Shown: piece after piece, positions 9,675 through 17,994 of the stretch | How the letters are laid out: each line of letters starts with the position of its first letter | How positions within the stretch are numbered: position 1 is the first letter of the stretch | DNA from: a virus | Lineage: Duplodnaviria > Caudoviricetes | Direction: 5' to 3' (one strand) | Length of the DNA stretch: 35,267 bases | IMG/VR virus record: IMGVR_UViG_3300033475_000102 | Location: 1-35,267 of that record | Position numbers and translations under genes: made by a program | Notes under the pieces: generated by a model | What the model was told of the DNA's origin: nothing | Databases searched by the model: none | What the model saw: only the letters and a program-made list of their open reading frames with translations

Positions 9675-9880
9675 TAGTCTGGCACTTCCATGGCCTGATC
9701 CTTGGAGATCAGGAGATCGGCCAATGCGTCGTTGACGCGATACTTGGCTCGTTTGCCGTCTCTGTCCTTGGCCGGATACCGACGCGTCCTGGCTTCCGGA
9801 TCATTGCTCATCAGGTCTTCCGGCATAAAGACGTGATCGATCGTAAGAGAGATCGTCTTGCCGGGCGCTTCCTTTGCCAT
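9674..9880 (-). CDS. Small hypothetical protein
   Basis: AGGAG RBS precedes ATG 9880 (MAKEAPGK...); TAATG coupling downstream. Confidence 0.6.
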   Translation of the reverse strand: MAKEAPGKTISLTIDHVFMPEDLMSNDPEARTRRYPAKDRDGKRAKYRVNDALADLLISKDQAMEVPD

Positions 9881-9893
9881 ATCAACTCCTGAG

Positions 9894-9927
9894 AAAAGAG
9901 GAAGGGGAAGAACCGAAGTCCTTCCCC
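9894..9927 (-). terminator. Probable intrinsic terminator after the capsid gene
   Basis: Minus strand GGGGAAGGAC-TTCG-GTTCTTCCCC stem with C(UUCG)G loop, followed by TTCCTCTTTT. Confidence 0.65.
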
Positions 9928-9933
9928 CATCCA

Positions 9934-10875
9934 TTAGGTCAGGTCCGCGACCACGAAGTGAGCCGCCTCGTTCGAAACTTCGAGGGTCAGCTCGCCCAGG
10001 ATCTGGAAGTTGCGCGCGTCGCCGGTCTTCGCCAGCTCCTCACGCTTGATCTTTCGGAACCAGAGCGCCTTGGCCATGCGCGGATCGAGTCCGATGCAGT
10101 CGCGGTTGCTGGTGTAGCGGTCCGCAACGATCGTGTAGGTGCCGAAGTCACCGACGTAACGGTCAGCAGCACCCACCAGCGTGGCAATCTTGCCATCCAC
10201 CGGGTTGAACTGCGTCGAGATGCCGGTAAAGCCGGAAGCGATCTGCTTGTGCGTGCCGTCGAGCACGATGAGGTTGGGACGACCACCCGAATTGAACGCC
10301 GACAGCATGGCTGCCTTCAACAGGGTCTCGGTGAAGGTGCGCTGCGTGCCGTTGGTGGCCGCCACGGTGTTGCCCGAAGAGAAGCCGCCGTTGGCGCCCG
10401 CTGCACCACGGTTCGTATTGCTCGTCAGCCACGACAGGATGCCGCCCATCTTACGCGGGTCGGTACCGGTCGATGCCTGGTTGAGCAGGAGGGTCGTCTC
10501 GATGTCCATCTTGAGCTGACGGCCCTGCTTCATCGTCTGCAGGCCGATTTCGGACTTGCGCCCAGCCTCCACCGTGGCTTCGAGAGTGCCCGAGATGGTG
10601 AAGTACTTGCCCATGATCTGGGTGCGGTTGCCGACGCGAACGGTCGGGACAACAGCCACAGACGTGGCGTTATTGCCTTCCGGCTGGAAGTTGGACGCCG
10701 AGCCGTTGCCCAGCACGTCCGTCTGCCATTCCGAGAAGGTCTGCTTTGCGGTGCCGCTGCCGATCGAGGACAAAACCGGAGTCTCGTCCTTGTCTAACAT
10801 GAAGATTTTGTCGTGGAGATCCTCGCGGATACCCACGGCGGCGCTGGTCAGGAAGGTATTGGTAGGTGCAGCCAT
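9934..10875 (-). CDS. Major capsid protein (DUF5309/SU10-type)
   Basis: GIREDL...ETP...EWQTD...RVGNRTQI...LKMDIE...ELAKTGDA...GELTLEVSNEAAH motifs; follows the scaffold gene. Confidence 0.9.
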   Translation of the reverse strand: MAAPTNTFLTSAAVGIREDLHDKIFMLDKDETPVLSSIGSGTAKQTFSEWQTDVLGNGSASNFQPEGNNATSVAVVPTVRVGNRTQIMGKYFTISGTLEATVEAGRKSEIGLQTMKQGRQLKMDIETTLLLNQASTGTDPRKMGGILSWLTSNTNRGAAGANGGFSSGNTVAATNGTQRTFTETLLKAAMLSAFNSGGRPNLIVLDGTHKQIASGFTGISTQFNPVDGKIATLVGAADRYVGDFGTYTIVADRYTSNRDCIGLDPRMAKALWFRKIKREELAKTGDARNFQILGELTLEVSNEAAHFVVADLT

Positions 10876-10918
10876 TTGAACAAGCCTATGAGTTGGACCA
10901 AAGGGTCCGGGTTAAGAC

Positions 10919-11887
10919 TTAGCCAAAGAGCCTTTCGACATCTGCGTCGCTAAGGTTTTGGCCGGTTCTCAACCGCTTCTCGGCTTGTCGCTGCGCCTCA
11001 CTCTCGTTGGGTTGACCCGATCGGGCTCCCGGAGTGACGCGCTTCGGTGTCTGCGTCGCGGTAGCAGCCGAAGCCTTGGGTTGTGCCCGCAACTTCGCCT
11101 GCGCTTCGTCATATAGCATAGCCTTGTGGGCGATTTCAATAACGTCCGCTTCGTACATCGCGTTGATGCGCTCTGGAGCGAACTTGTAGGTCTTCGTCAG
11201 ATAGCTTCCGAGTTTGTCGTAGGTCGCCTGTGCTTTGTCGGCGGCAAAATCCGGCAGCTTTGCGGCAAGCTTCTCGTGTTCAGTCTGTCGGATCTGCTTG
11301 AATGACTCCTGCGCGCGCTGATTGGCGGCCTGGATCTCTGCCGCGTGACGCTGGTGAGCGTTCTGAAGCTCCTTCGCCTCTGCATCACGCTGTGCCGTCA
11401 GCTTTGTGTAAAGCGCCGGGTCTTCGGCGGCCATCTTCAGCCAGTCGTAGCCATCCCACTTGTTGGAGAACATGGCGTCCAGCCTGGGGCCAGCCTGCTG
11501 CCAGAAAGCGGCGAGCTGGTCACGCTCGGAGGTGAGTTTCTCAAGCTGAGACTTAGCTTGCTTGGTCTCCTCGGCCGCCTCCATGAGCCGCTTATTGACT
11601 GCCGTTGCGCCCTGCCGCTCGTGGTCGTGGATCGCCGCCCGGATTTCCGGGTCGGTGATCTTCTCCCAGAGTGCCTTTTTCTCGGCTGACCAGAACTCAG
11701 GCGCGGCCGCATAGGGATCGGACTCGGCTTCGTGCTCTCCCTCTTGTTCGCCGTCTGCTTGGGACACCGTTTCATCGTCTGAAGCGGTCTCCGAAGCAGG
11801 CGACTCTAGCGTTTCGTCGTCTGCCTCAAAATCTGCCGCAGTGGGCTCCTGCGACTCAGTCGGTTCGGTTGCGTTCTCGGGCGTCAT
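10919..11887 (-). CDS. Capsid scaffolding protein
   Basis: Acidic N-terminus, coiled coil, KAMLYD motif, basic C-terminal tail; immediately upstream of the capsid gene. Confidence 0.8.
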   Translation of the reverse strand: MTPENATEPTESQEPTAADFEADDETLESPASETASDDETVSQADGEQEGEHEAESDPYAAAPEFWSAEKKALWEKITDPEIRAAIHDHERQGATAVNKRLMEAAEETKQAKSQLEKLTSERDQLAAFWQQAGPRLDAMFSNKWDGYDWLKMAAEDPALYTKLTAQRDAEAKELQNAHQRHAAEIQAANQRAQESFKQIRQTEHEKLAAKLPDFAADKAQATYDKLGSYLTKTYKFAPERINAMYEADVIEIAHKAMLYDEAQAKLRAQPKASAATATQTPKRVTPGARSGQPNESEAQRQAEKRLRTGQNLSDADVERLFG

Positions 11888-12125
11888 GCAATACCTGCTC
11901 GTCCTCGTAGTCGTTGATGAAACTGACCAGGCCGTCTTTCAGGCCCTTCAGCGTGCGCAAGCGGTGCCAGATCACCTCGCGGTGCTCGGCTTGGTCGAAA
12001 TTGCTCTGTTTCCAGCCCTCGGTGAGCTTGTCTTCGTAGGACTCGAATGCCCATCCAAGATCATCAAGAGCGGCCTTGGCGCGGTTGGCGCGGTTGCGGC
12101 GCTCCTCAAGGGAAAGATCAGTCAT
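11856..12125 (-). CDS. Small helical head-morphogenesis-region protein
   Basis: 89 aa between portal and scaffold, a usual position in this phage type. Confidence 0.65.
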   Translation of the reverse strand: MTDLSLEERRNRANRAKAALDDLGWAFESYEDKLTEGWKQSNFDQAEHREVIWHRLRTLKGLKDGLVSFINDYEDEQVLHDARERNRTD

Positions 12126-12225
12126 GGCGAGCCGCCACGCACTTAATCACGAGCAAAAGACCTACTGCGTTTGCCATGCACGAGATGCAAAGCAGCGAAA
12201 GGATAAAGAACAAAAGTCCGCTCAT
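12118..12225 (-). CDS. Putative 35-aa single-TM microprotein
   Basis: Below the ORF-track cutoff. MSGLLFFILSLLCISCMANAVGLLLVIKCVAARHD; ATGA overlap with the portal stop, and its stop overlaps the next gene. Confidence 0.45.
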   Translation of the reverse strand: MSGLLFFILSLLCISCMANAVGLLLVIKCVAARHD

Positions 12226-14585
12226 ACGGTGTCCTGTTCCTGGATGTTCGATGAGTTGGGCGTATCCGGGTCCATCCGCATCTGCTCGCGCTTGAGCTGT
12301 GCCTCAAGGATTAGCTCCTCACGCTTCAACTGAGCTTCGAGGGCTGCCTTCTCGCGAGCCAACTGCATGTCCTGCTGGGCTTTCTCGCGGGCGATCTGCA
12401 TATCCGCTGCGGCGCGCTGACGGTCCGCCTCGATATCGGCCATAAGCTTCTGCTGGGCCAATTGCGCGTCGCTCTGCTGCTCCTGCTGCTTGGCCTGTGC
12501 GTTCGCCTGCACCTCGGCCATCTTCGCCTGCGACTGCGCTTGGACCTTCGCCATCTCCGGGTTGGGAGGCGGCGGCTGCTGGGCCTTCTGTGCGACTTGC
12601 TGCTGAATCTGCGGATCGGGGTTGATGAACTGGTCGGAGTTCTTGAAGCCGACAATCTCGACGCCCTTGCGCAGCGTATTAGCGAGGTGCTGCAAGCCCA
12701 ACGCGGGTCCGGCTTGGTTACCCTGAGCCGCCCAAAGCTTCTCCTGCCCCGCCGCAATGGTCCCCAACGCCTGCATCTGCTGGACCTTGTTGGACGCCTT
12801 ATTACCCACATCGACCTGCAGGCTCATGTCGTCAGGCCACTTTGTGGGGTCGATCGTCGCGAACGACTGGCCATCCCAATATTTGATGGGCTCAACAGCA
12901 ACGCGCTTTACGGCGCGATAGAGCAGTCGGAAGAGGCGCTTGATCGAGGTCTCGGCGAAGGTCTGCGAGATGAGTTCAATCCGGGAATCGGCCGCAGAGG
13001 TCAGCAAAGATGCGCCGGTCGCGGTCGGGTTCATGTTCTCGTCAGGCTGGCCCTGATTGTTCGGCGTGACGCCGGTACGCTTCTGTTGGATCTGGTCTTT
13101 CCACTGGAGAACCAACAGCGCCTTGTCCATGATCGGCGTGGGCGTGAGCCACTGCAGGTCTTCCGGCGTCACCTTCTGTCCCTGCCGCATGCGGATCGGC
13201 ATACCTGGCGTCCAATCGATCAGCGAAGCAAGGTCCACTGCATCGGAAACCGCCGCTCTTGGCCGGTTCACCATGTAGGTGTTGTCCAACATGCCGCGCG
13301 TTACGGCGGTGCCGATGTCCTGAATATCCCGCACCAGATCGAAGAGATCGCGGCCCGGGATCGTATGACTCATCAGGATCGGAGAACCGGGGATGATCGG
13401 CGCTACGCCGTCCGTCCACTCCTCGTTCTCGATAATGGCCGAAACAGAGCCGCCAGCATGGGCATAAACGACCCGCCGCATCTCGGAGATGCCATCATCG
13501 TCCCAATCGAACTTGACGAACGCCACAACCACCCAGAGCGTGCGCTCGCTGTCGTCTCGGTCGTCTCGCTCCGTCGAGGCCTGGATGACGTTAGGCTGCC
13601 GCTGCGCCTCCTCAACCGTGTAAATGTCGTCTGTGGCGAGGTTGTCGATCGTGTCTTGATCAAGGCCCAACACCCGTAGATCGGATGCCGTGACTTTCTT
13701 GCGATAGCCACAGAACGAGGCTTCGTCGATATGCCGAGACATCGGGGACACGAGGCCATCTTCAGGCGCCACGTTATCGACCACGATCTTCTTGACCTTA
13801 CGCGTCGTGGTGATTGTCCCCGAGAACGTCGGCGGGATGATCTGCGGCTGGCCTTGGGCGTATTGCTGGCACCAATAATCCGGATCGATCGTGCCGGGTG
13901 TGGGAGGCCCAGCGCTCGCCGTTACCTGACACGAGCCGCCCTGGAAGTGCTGGCAGATACCGCAATGGCTGTCGGGGTGGCCCATGGAGTAGTTTACAGC
14001 CGCCTTTGGCTGCTTGCCTGTGTCGTCGGCCTCATCCTGCGTTACGTCGATCTCGACCTTCGCGTCGCGCTTCTCTGCCTCCTGCTCGATCTGCGTCTGC
14101 ATCAAGGCCCAGACATCGGCGGGAATCTTGCTGACCGGCGTACGCTTGACCTGCTCCCGCTCTTCGATATCGACAGCACCCCAAGCCAGCCGATACATCA
14201 GTGCGTCTTTGAAGAACCAGTAAAACCAGATGAAACCCTCATTCTCCCGCAGGAGAAGATGGGGAATGTAGTCGGTGGCCTCTTTTGCCGACTGCTCATC
14301 GCCCGGATTATCGGGCGTGAAGTTAACGATGCTGTCGCCCAGCGCGAACACCCGCATGAGCGCCGGCATGATCGACTCGACGGTATCGAGATACTCGCTC
14401 GTGATGACCTTGGACTGGCCATCCTCGGACGGAAAGGCGCGCTGATTGCGCTCGTAGTAATCAAGCGACACCTGGCGATGGCTGGTTAGGTCCGCATCCT
14501 GCCAATTTCTTGCCGCTTGTTCTTCACGGAAGAGGACGGTCTTCAGCTTCTCTTCGCGGGTTTCGTCCTGTTTCTCTTCGGCCAT
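12222..14585 (-). CDS. Portal protein (P22/SU10-like) with inserted HiPIP-like domain
   Basis: YYE...GQSKVITSEYLDTVESIMPALMRVF, FKDAL, DWDDDGISE, LDNTYMVNRP, RTGV, TATG, RIELISQTFAE motifs and a Q/A coiled-coil barrel; lies downstream of terL. Confidence 0.92.
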   Translation of the reverse strand: MAEEKQDETREEKLKTVLFREEQAARNWQDADLTSHRQVSLDYYERNQRAFPSEDGQSKVITSEYLDTVESIMPALMRVFALGDSIVNFTPDNPGDEQSAKEATDYIPHLLLRENEGFIWFYWFFKDALMYRLAWGAVDIEEREQVKRTPVSKIPADVWALMQTQIEQEAEKRDAKVEIDVTQDEADDTGKQPKAAVNYSMGHPDSHCGICQHFQGGSCQVTASAGPPTPGTIDPDYWCQQYAQGQPQIIPPTFSGTITTTRKVKKIVVDNVAPEDGLVSPMSRHIDEASFCGYRKKVTASDLRVLGLDQDTIDNLATDDIYTVEEAQRQPNVIQASTERDDRDDSERTLWVVVAFVKFDWDDDGISEMRRVVYAHAGGSVSAIIENEEWTDGVAPIIPGSPILMSHTIPGRDLFDLVRDIQDIGTAVTRGMLDNTYMVNRPRAAVSDAVDLASLIDWTPGMPIRMRQGQKVTPEDLQWLTPTPIMDKALLVLQWKDQIQQKRTGVTPNNQGQPDENMNPTATGASLLTSAADSRIELISQTFAETSIKRLFRLLYRAVKRVAVEPIKYWDGQSFATIDPTKWPDDMSLQVDVGNKASNKVQQMQALGTIAAGQEKLWAAQGNQAGPALGLQHLANTLRKGVEIVGFKNSDQFINPDPQIQQQVAQKAQQPPPPNPEMAKVQAQSQAKMAEVQANAQAKQQEQQSDAQLAQQKLMADIEADRQRAAADMQIAREKAQQDMQLAREKAALEAQLKREELILEAQLKREQMRMDPDTPNSSNIQEQDTV

Positions 14586-14737
14586 CACGCAATCCCCTTA
14601 ATAAACCGCGCGGCACGAAACCGGAGAAATGTTCTTAAATTGCCAACTAAGCATCGAAGTGCCGCAAGAGCGGAACGCCATTTCCGGCGGCGCGCCCACC
14701 GACAAACATTGATGATGTCGAGCCAGAGAAAAACCAC
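14585..14737 (-). CDS. Putative 50-aa basic/hydrophobic microprotein
   Basis: Below the ORF-track cutoff. GTG overlaps the terL stop (TAGTG) and TGA overlaps the portal ATG; MVFLWLDIINVCRWARRRKWRSALAALRCLVGNLRTFLRFRAARFIKGIA. Confidence 0.45.
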   Translation of the reverse strand: MVFLWLDIINVCRWARRRKWRSALAALRCLVGNLRTFLRFRAARFIKGIA

Positions 14738-16017
14738 TAAATCACCCCTCTCTTGAGCCGAGAGAGGTCAACGTCCTGCTTCTTCTCAGGCTCTTTCCAG
14801 CTCATCGCGAGGTAGCGGAATGCGTCGGCCGCATGGCTTGTCCAATCATGCAGCGGCGAGGGCTTCATGACCTTACGTTCTTCGTCGTATTCGGTGCGGT
14901 ATTGCTTCAGCGCCTCGATGCCGTCAGCGCAGCGAACCTTGTCGAACCTGCAGCGTGCCAGCGTTTCGCGAACCGCCCCAATGCCGTCCATCAACCGATG
15001 CATATGGACTAGAACGGGCTGTAGCTTGAGCGCCTGCATCTGCTCAATGCGAGTGCGCCCAGACCCCCATTCCTTCACTTCGGCGTCGTGGGGTACGTAG
15101 CATTGCCCCAACTGGTAACCACCCTCACGCGCTTTCTCGCGGAGAACATCAGCGTAATGGTCAAGCCCAACCCCGGAAGCCTCGTAGTAGTCAACAATAT
15201 GGAGCCCACCCGCCAGGACTTGGTAAAACCAGATAGCCGTAGCATCGCGCACTCCAAGATCCCATGCCGTCAGGACGGGATGATTCGTGTCTATGGCTAC
15301 ATTCTTGATGCGCCCATCGTCTTCAGCCGCGCGCATCTCCTTGCCGTAGTAGGCACCCAGAATGGCTGCCTCGAACGAGCATTCATATTCCTGCTCATAT
15401 TGCTCTGGCGTCATCAACTTACGGGCAGAATCAAGCTCCTCTTGCGCCACCAGCTTTGTTTTGCTGGCCTTGAGCATCGCGCCGAACCAGTCGTTGTCGT
15501 TTTGCGCAGTCTGCCAGAGATCGTAGAAGGCATTGTGGCCGCGAGGCGTGCCAATAACCGTAAGCGAACCCTTCCGATCGGAGAGTGCTGGCCGGATGAT
15601 TTCAGGAAGCACTCTAGGACGCATGTCAGCGAACTCGTCGAGCACGCAATCATCAAGATAGATCCCCCGCATCCCGTCGGGGTTGTCCGCACCGTACAGC
15701 CGCACCCTGCCGCCATTCGGGAAGTCGAGGCGGAGCTCGCTCTCATTGATCTCCGTTCCAGGCACCACAGAGCCGAAGCGCTTTAGATACGTCCAAGCCG
15801 TGTCCTTTGCCTGCTTGTGAAGGGGAGCCACATAAGCGCAACGAGGCTCCGCCTTATCGCAAACAAGAGCAGATCGGATCAGGCCGTTTACGCATGCCAC
15901 CGTCTTTCCCGCGCGACGATGCGCAACGATCAAGCGCCACCTCTTGGCTGTATCGTGATAGGGCACGAATACGCCACGAGGCGAATATGGGATGGTTACG
16001 CGCTGGGCGGCTGCCAT
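14737..16017 (-). CDS. terL: Terminase large subunit
   Basis: Walker A HRRAGKT, Walker B CVLDE, coupling motif GTP, nuclease motifs AWDLGVRD and HAADAFRY. Confidence 0.95.
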   Translation of the reverse strand: MAAAQRVTIPYSPRGVFVPYHDTAKRWRLIVAHRRAGKTVACVNGLIRSALVCDKAEPRCAYVAPLHKQAKDTAWTYLKRFGSVVPGTEINESELRLDFPNGGRVRLYGADNPDGMRGIYLDDCVLDEFADMRPRVLPEIIRPALSDRKGSLTVIGTPRGHNAFYDLWQTAQNDNDWFGAMLKASKTKLVAQEELDSARKLMTPEQYEQEYECSFEAAILGAYYGKEMRAAEDDGRIKNVAIDTNHPVLTAWDLGVRDATAIWFYQVLAGGLHIVDYYEASGVGLDHYADVLREKAREGGYQLGQCYVPHDAEVKEWGSGRTRIEQMQALKLQPVLVHMHRLMDGIGAVRETLARCRFDKVRCADGIEALKQYRTEYDEERKVMKPSPLHDWTSHAADAFRYLAMSWKEPEKKQDVDLSRLKRGVI

Positions 16018-16247
16018 GAGATGGCCAGTGCAACAGGGCTTTCGCCATCCGCGCCAGTGAGCGCCACCGAAGACAGATCAGGCAGGCATTTCTTAAGAAG
16101 CCCCAGACCGGCCGTGACTTGCGTGGGGCTCATTTCCCGGCGACCCTCCGCATGCTCAACGAGCGCATTGAGGATGTTGCTCTTTTGGATTTTAACCCGA
16201 TGGGCTTCGGACATCCGAAAGCCCGGCTTGCGACCACGCGTAGCCAT
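15996..16247 (-). CDS. terS: Probable terminase small subunit
   Basis: 83 aa immediately upstream of and overlapping terL; KIQKSNILNAL...MSPTQV...LLKKCLPDL...LTGADG pattern. Confidence 0.6.
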   Translation of the reverse strand: MATRGRKPGFRMSEAHRVKIQKSNILNALVEHAEGRREMSPTQVTAGLGLLKKCLPDLSSVALTGADGESPVALAISWQPPSA

Positions 16248-16256
16248 GTTTATTTA

Positions 16257-16451
16257 TTACTTCCCGACACGAAAGCCAGGCGTCTTGCGACCCTGCATGT
16301 TCTCGGCGTACTGAACCATCTCACGAACGTGAGGGCTCTTTGACTTGGCCGCCTTGGCCATTTTCTTTGCGGGAATTTTCTTGCCGGGCGCAACACCTAA
16401 CGCCTTGTGAAGGGCGCCGGGATGCTTAACGGGGAACATGCTCTTGGCCAA
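16257..16451 (-). CDS. Small Lys-rich basic protein
   Basis: KHPGALHKALGV...KKIPAKK motif; GGAG RBS before TTG. Confidence 0.65.
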   Translation of the reverse strand: MAKSMFPVKHPGALHKALGVAPGKKIPAKKMAKAAKSKSPHVREMVQYAENMQGRKTPGFRVGK

Positions 16452-16474
16452 GTCTGACTCCGTGGGGGATTGAG

Positions 16475-16714
16475 TCAGACATCACTCGCAGAATGAGCCC
16501 TTTGAAAGTCAAGCCCCGATGCATCAGCCAATAGCCAGTCTCGCCGCGTCCAATTCTTACGATGGCCGAAGGAAGGAAGCGCCATAGCCTCACGCCGCTT
16601 GCGGACTGTTCTTACTGAATGCCCTGTGCGCTCGGCTATCTCGGCATCCGAAAGCCGCCCAGCCCATGCCCTGAGCGTGTCGGAGTGCTCCGGAAGCCAG
16701 GGGTGGCCGTTCAT
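16475..16714 (-). CDS. HTH DNA-binding protein (possible late regulator)
   Basis: PW...LSDAEIAERTGHSVRTVRKRR HTH; TGATG coupling gives the start at 16714. Confidence 0.65.
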   Translation of the reverse strand: MNGHPWLPEHSDTLRAWAGRLSDAEIAERTGHSVRTVRKRREAMALPSFGHRKNWTRRDWLLADASGLDFQRAHSASDV

Positions 16715-17004
16715 CAGTAGTTGCCCCCGCCCCGCGGACAGTTGGAGTGAGCGCATAATCCCTTCATCAAGCCACAACTGCTACAAGGGCCAGAGAGACC
16801 GAGGGAATGCGTAAACGGTGCCGGCTGGCAACCTAGGCCGAGCGCATTACCCAACCCACCCCAGTATTTCGGCGCCTCCGGCGGATTCTTCCTCGCCTCA
16901 TGCGCCTCCAGCTCCTCGCGGATAATCTTCCGCAAAAGAACCTCGTCCAATCTATCGAGGCGCAACCGCACCTCTCGCTCTGTCTTGCGGCTGGTGAGGG
17001 TCAT
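16714..17004 (-). CDS. Hypothetical protein with C-terminal Cys cluster
   Basis: Coupled ORF; CSSC...CAHSNC. Confidence 0.5.
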   Translation of the reverse strand: MTLTSRKTEREVRLRLDRLDEVLLRKIIREELEAHEARKNPPEAPKYWGGLGNALGLGCQPAPFTHSLGLSGPCSSCGLMKGLCAHSNCPRGGGNY

Positions 17005-17204
17005 GCGTCGGCCCCGAGCCAGAAGTGATAGGGGCTAGGTGAGTTGTCTTCGAGCCTATTCAATGCCAGCCGAATTGCCCGCGCCTTGGCATCCGCTGAG
17101 CTTCTCATCGCAGCACTGAATTGATCTCTATTTGTGATACTCTCGTATTCGCGAAGAAGTCCGCGAACTATCTGTCGGCAATTACACACCTCTTCGGTCG
17201 CCAT
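17001..17204 (-). CDS. Hypothetical protein
   Basis: GGAGG RBS; coupled ORF. Confidence 0.5.
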   Translation of the reverse strand: MATEEVCNCRQIVRGLLREYESITNRDQFSAAMRSSADAKARAIRLALNRLEDNSPSPYHFWLGADA

Positions 17205-17241
17205 CATCTCGCCTCCGCTAATGCCTTGTGCCGCAGTCTGG

Positions 17242-17994
17242 TCATGCGTCGATCTCCTGTCCGAGACGCTGCATCTCGCTCATAGCTTTATGCCTCAGCT
17301 TGCCGTCTAGCCCCTGCTCGAAGTCGCGATCAAAGGCTTCCTGTCGCTTCGTCCGCGCGGCTATGCGATCGAGGAGCTGGGCAACCGTCTCCGGCTCGTC
17401 CCGCCGCTCGTCTTCGCGCTTCAATCGCTTGCCAGCAAGAATTGCTGCCTTGGCCTTGTCGTATTGGATTTTCCAAAGCTCTGCGTCTTCCGGGATCGGG
17501 CCGTACTGCCTTGCCCGCTCCTGCGTGATGGCGCGCTCTTGGCATTTGTCGATCTGTGCCGTCGTCAGCAGGATTGAGTATGGGTTGGTGGACCAGGCGA
17601 AGAAGTCCGCCACTTGCTCGGCCATGTACTGGCAGGCCATCGCCACGATCGGGCCGCGATGCTCGGCAATCTTCGGCTTCTGCCTCTGCTTCCACTCGGC
17701 TACCAAGCGCTGCTTGCGATCATGGTGGCCGGCGAGATCAACCCTCGGGCCACTGGCCGGACCAAGATCCAGCTTGCCCGTCGGGAGGTGCTTCTCGAAG
17801 TCGGCCGGCAAGGGAAACGGGTTGTGGTAGTTGGCCTTGAACTCCCCAACCACCGCATCCCAGGCATCGGCCAACAAATCGCCTTCGTGCTTTTCGAGGC
17901 GCTTGTAGTAGCTCGATTTGACGGCTTTCAGGCTCTCAGGCGTTGCGCCCTGAAAGCGAGCGATGATGAGCTGCAGGAGTTCGGCGACGGTCAT
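17242..17994 (-). CDS. Replication-associated protein (partner of initiator; function unassigned)
   Basis: ATGA-coupled to the initiator gene; 250 aa, helical. Confidence 0.55.
   Translation of the reverse strand: MTVAELLQLIIARFQGATPESLKAVKSSYYKRLEKHEGDLLADAWDAVVGEFKANYHNPFPLPADFEKHLPTGKLDLGPASGPRVDLAGHHDRKQRLVAEWKQRQKPKIAEHRGPIVAMACQYMAEQVADFFAWSTNPYSILLTTAQIDKCQERAITQERARQYGPIPEDAELWKIQYDKAKAAILAGKRLKREDERRDEPETVAQLLDRIAARTKRQEAFDRDFEQGLDGKLRHKAMSEMQRLGQEIDA

Noticed and set aside
12462-13679. 405-aa plus-strand ORF (also 9874-10797, 13731-14489, 15088-15786, 33863-34579)
   Set aside because: Antisense shadows of high-GC coding genes; no motifs or RBS.
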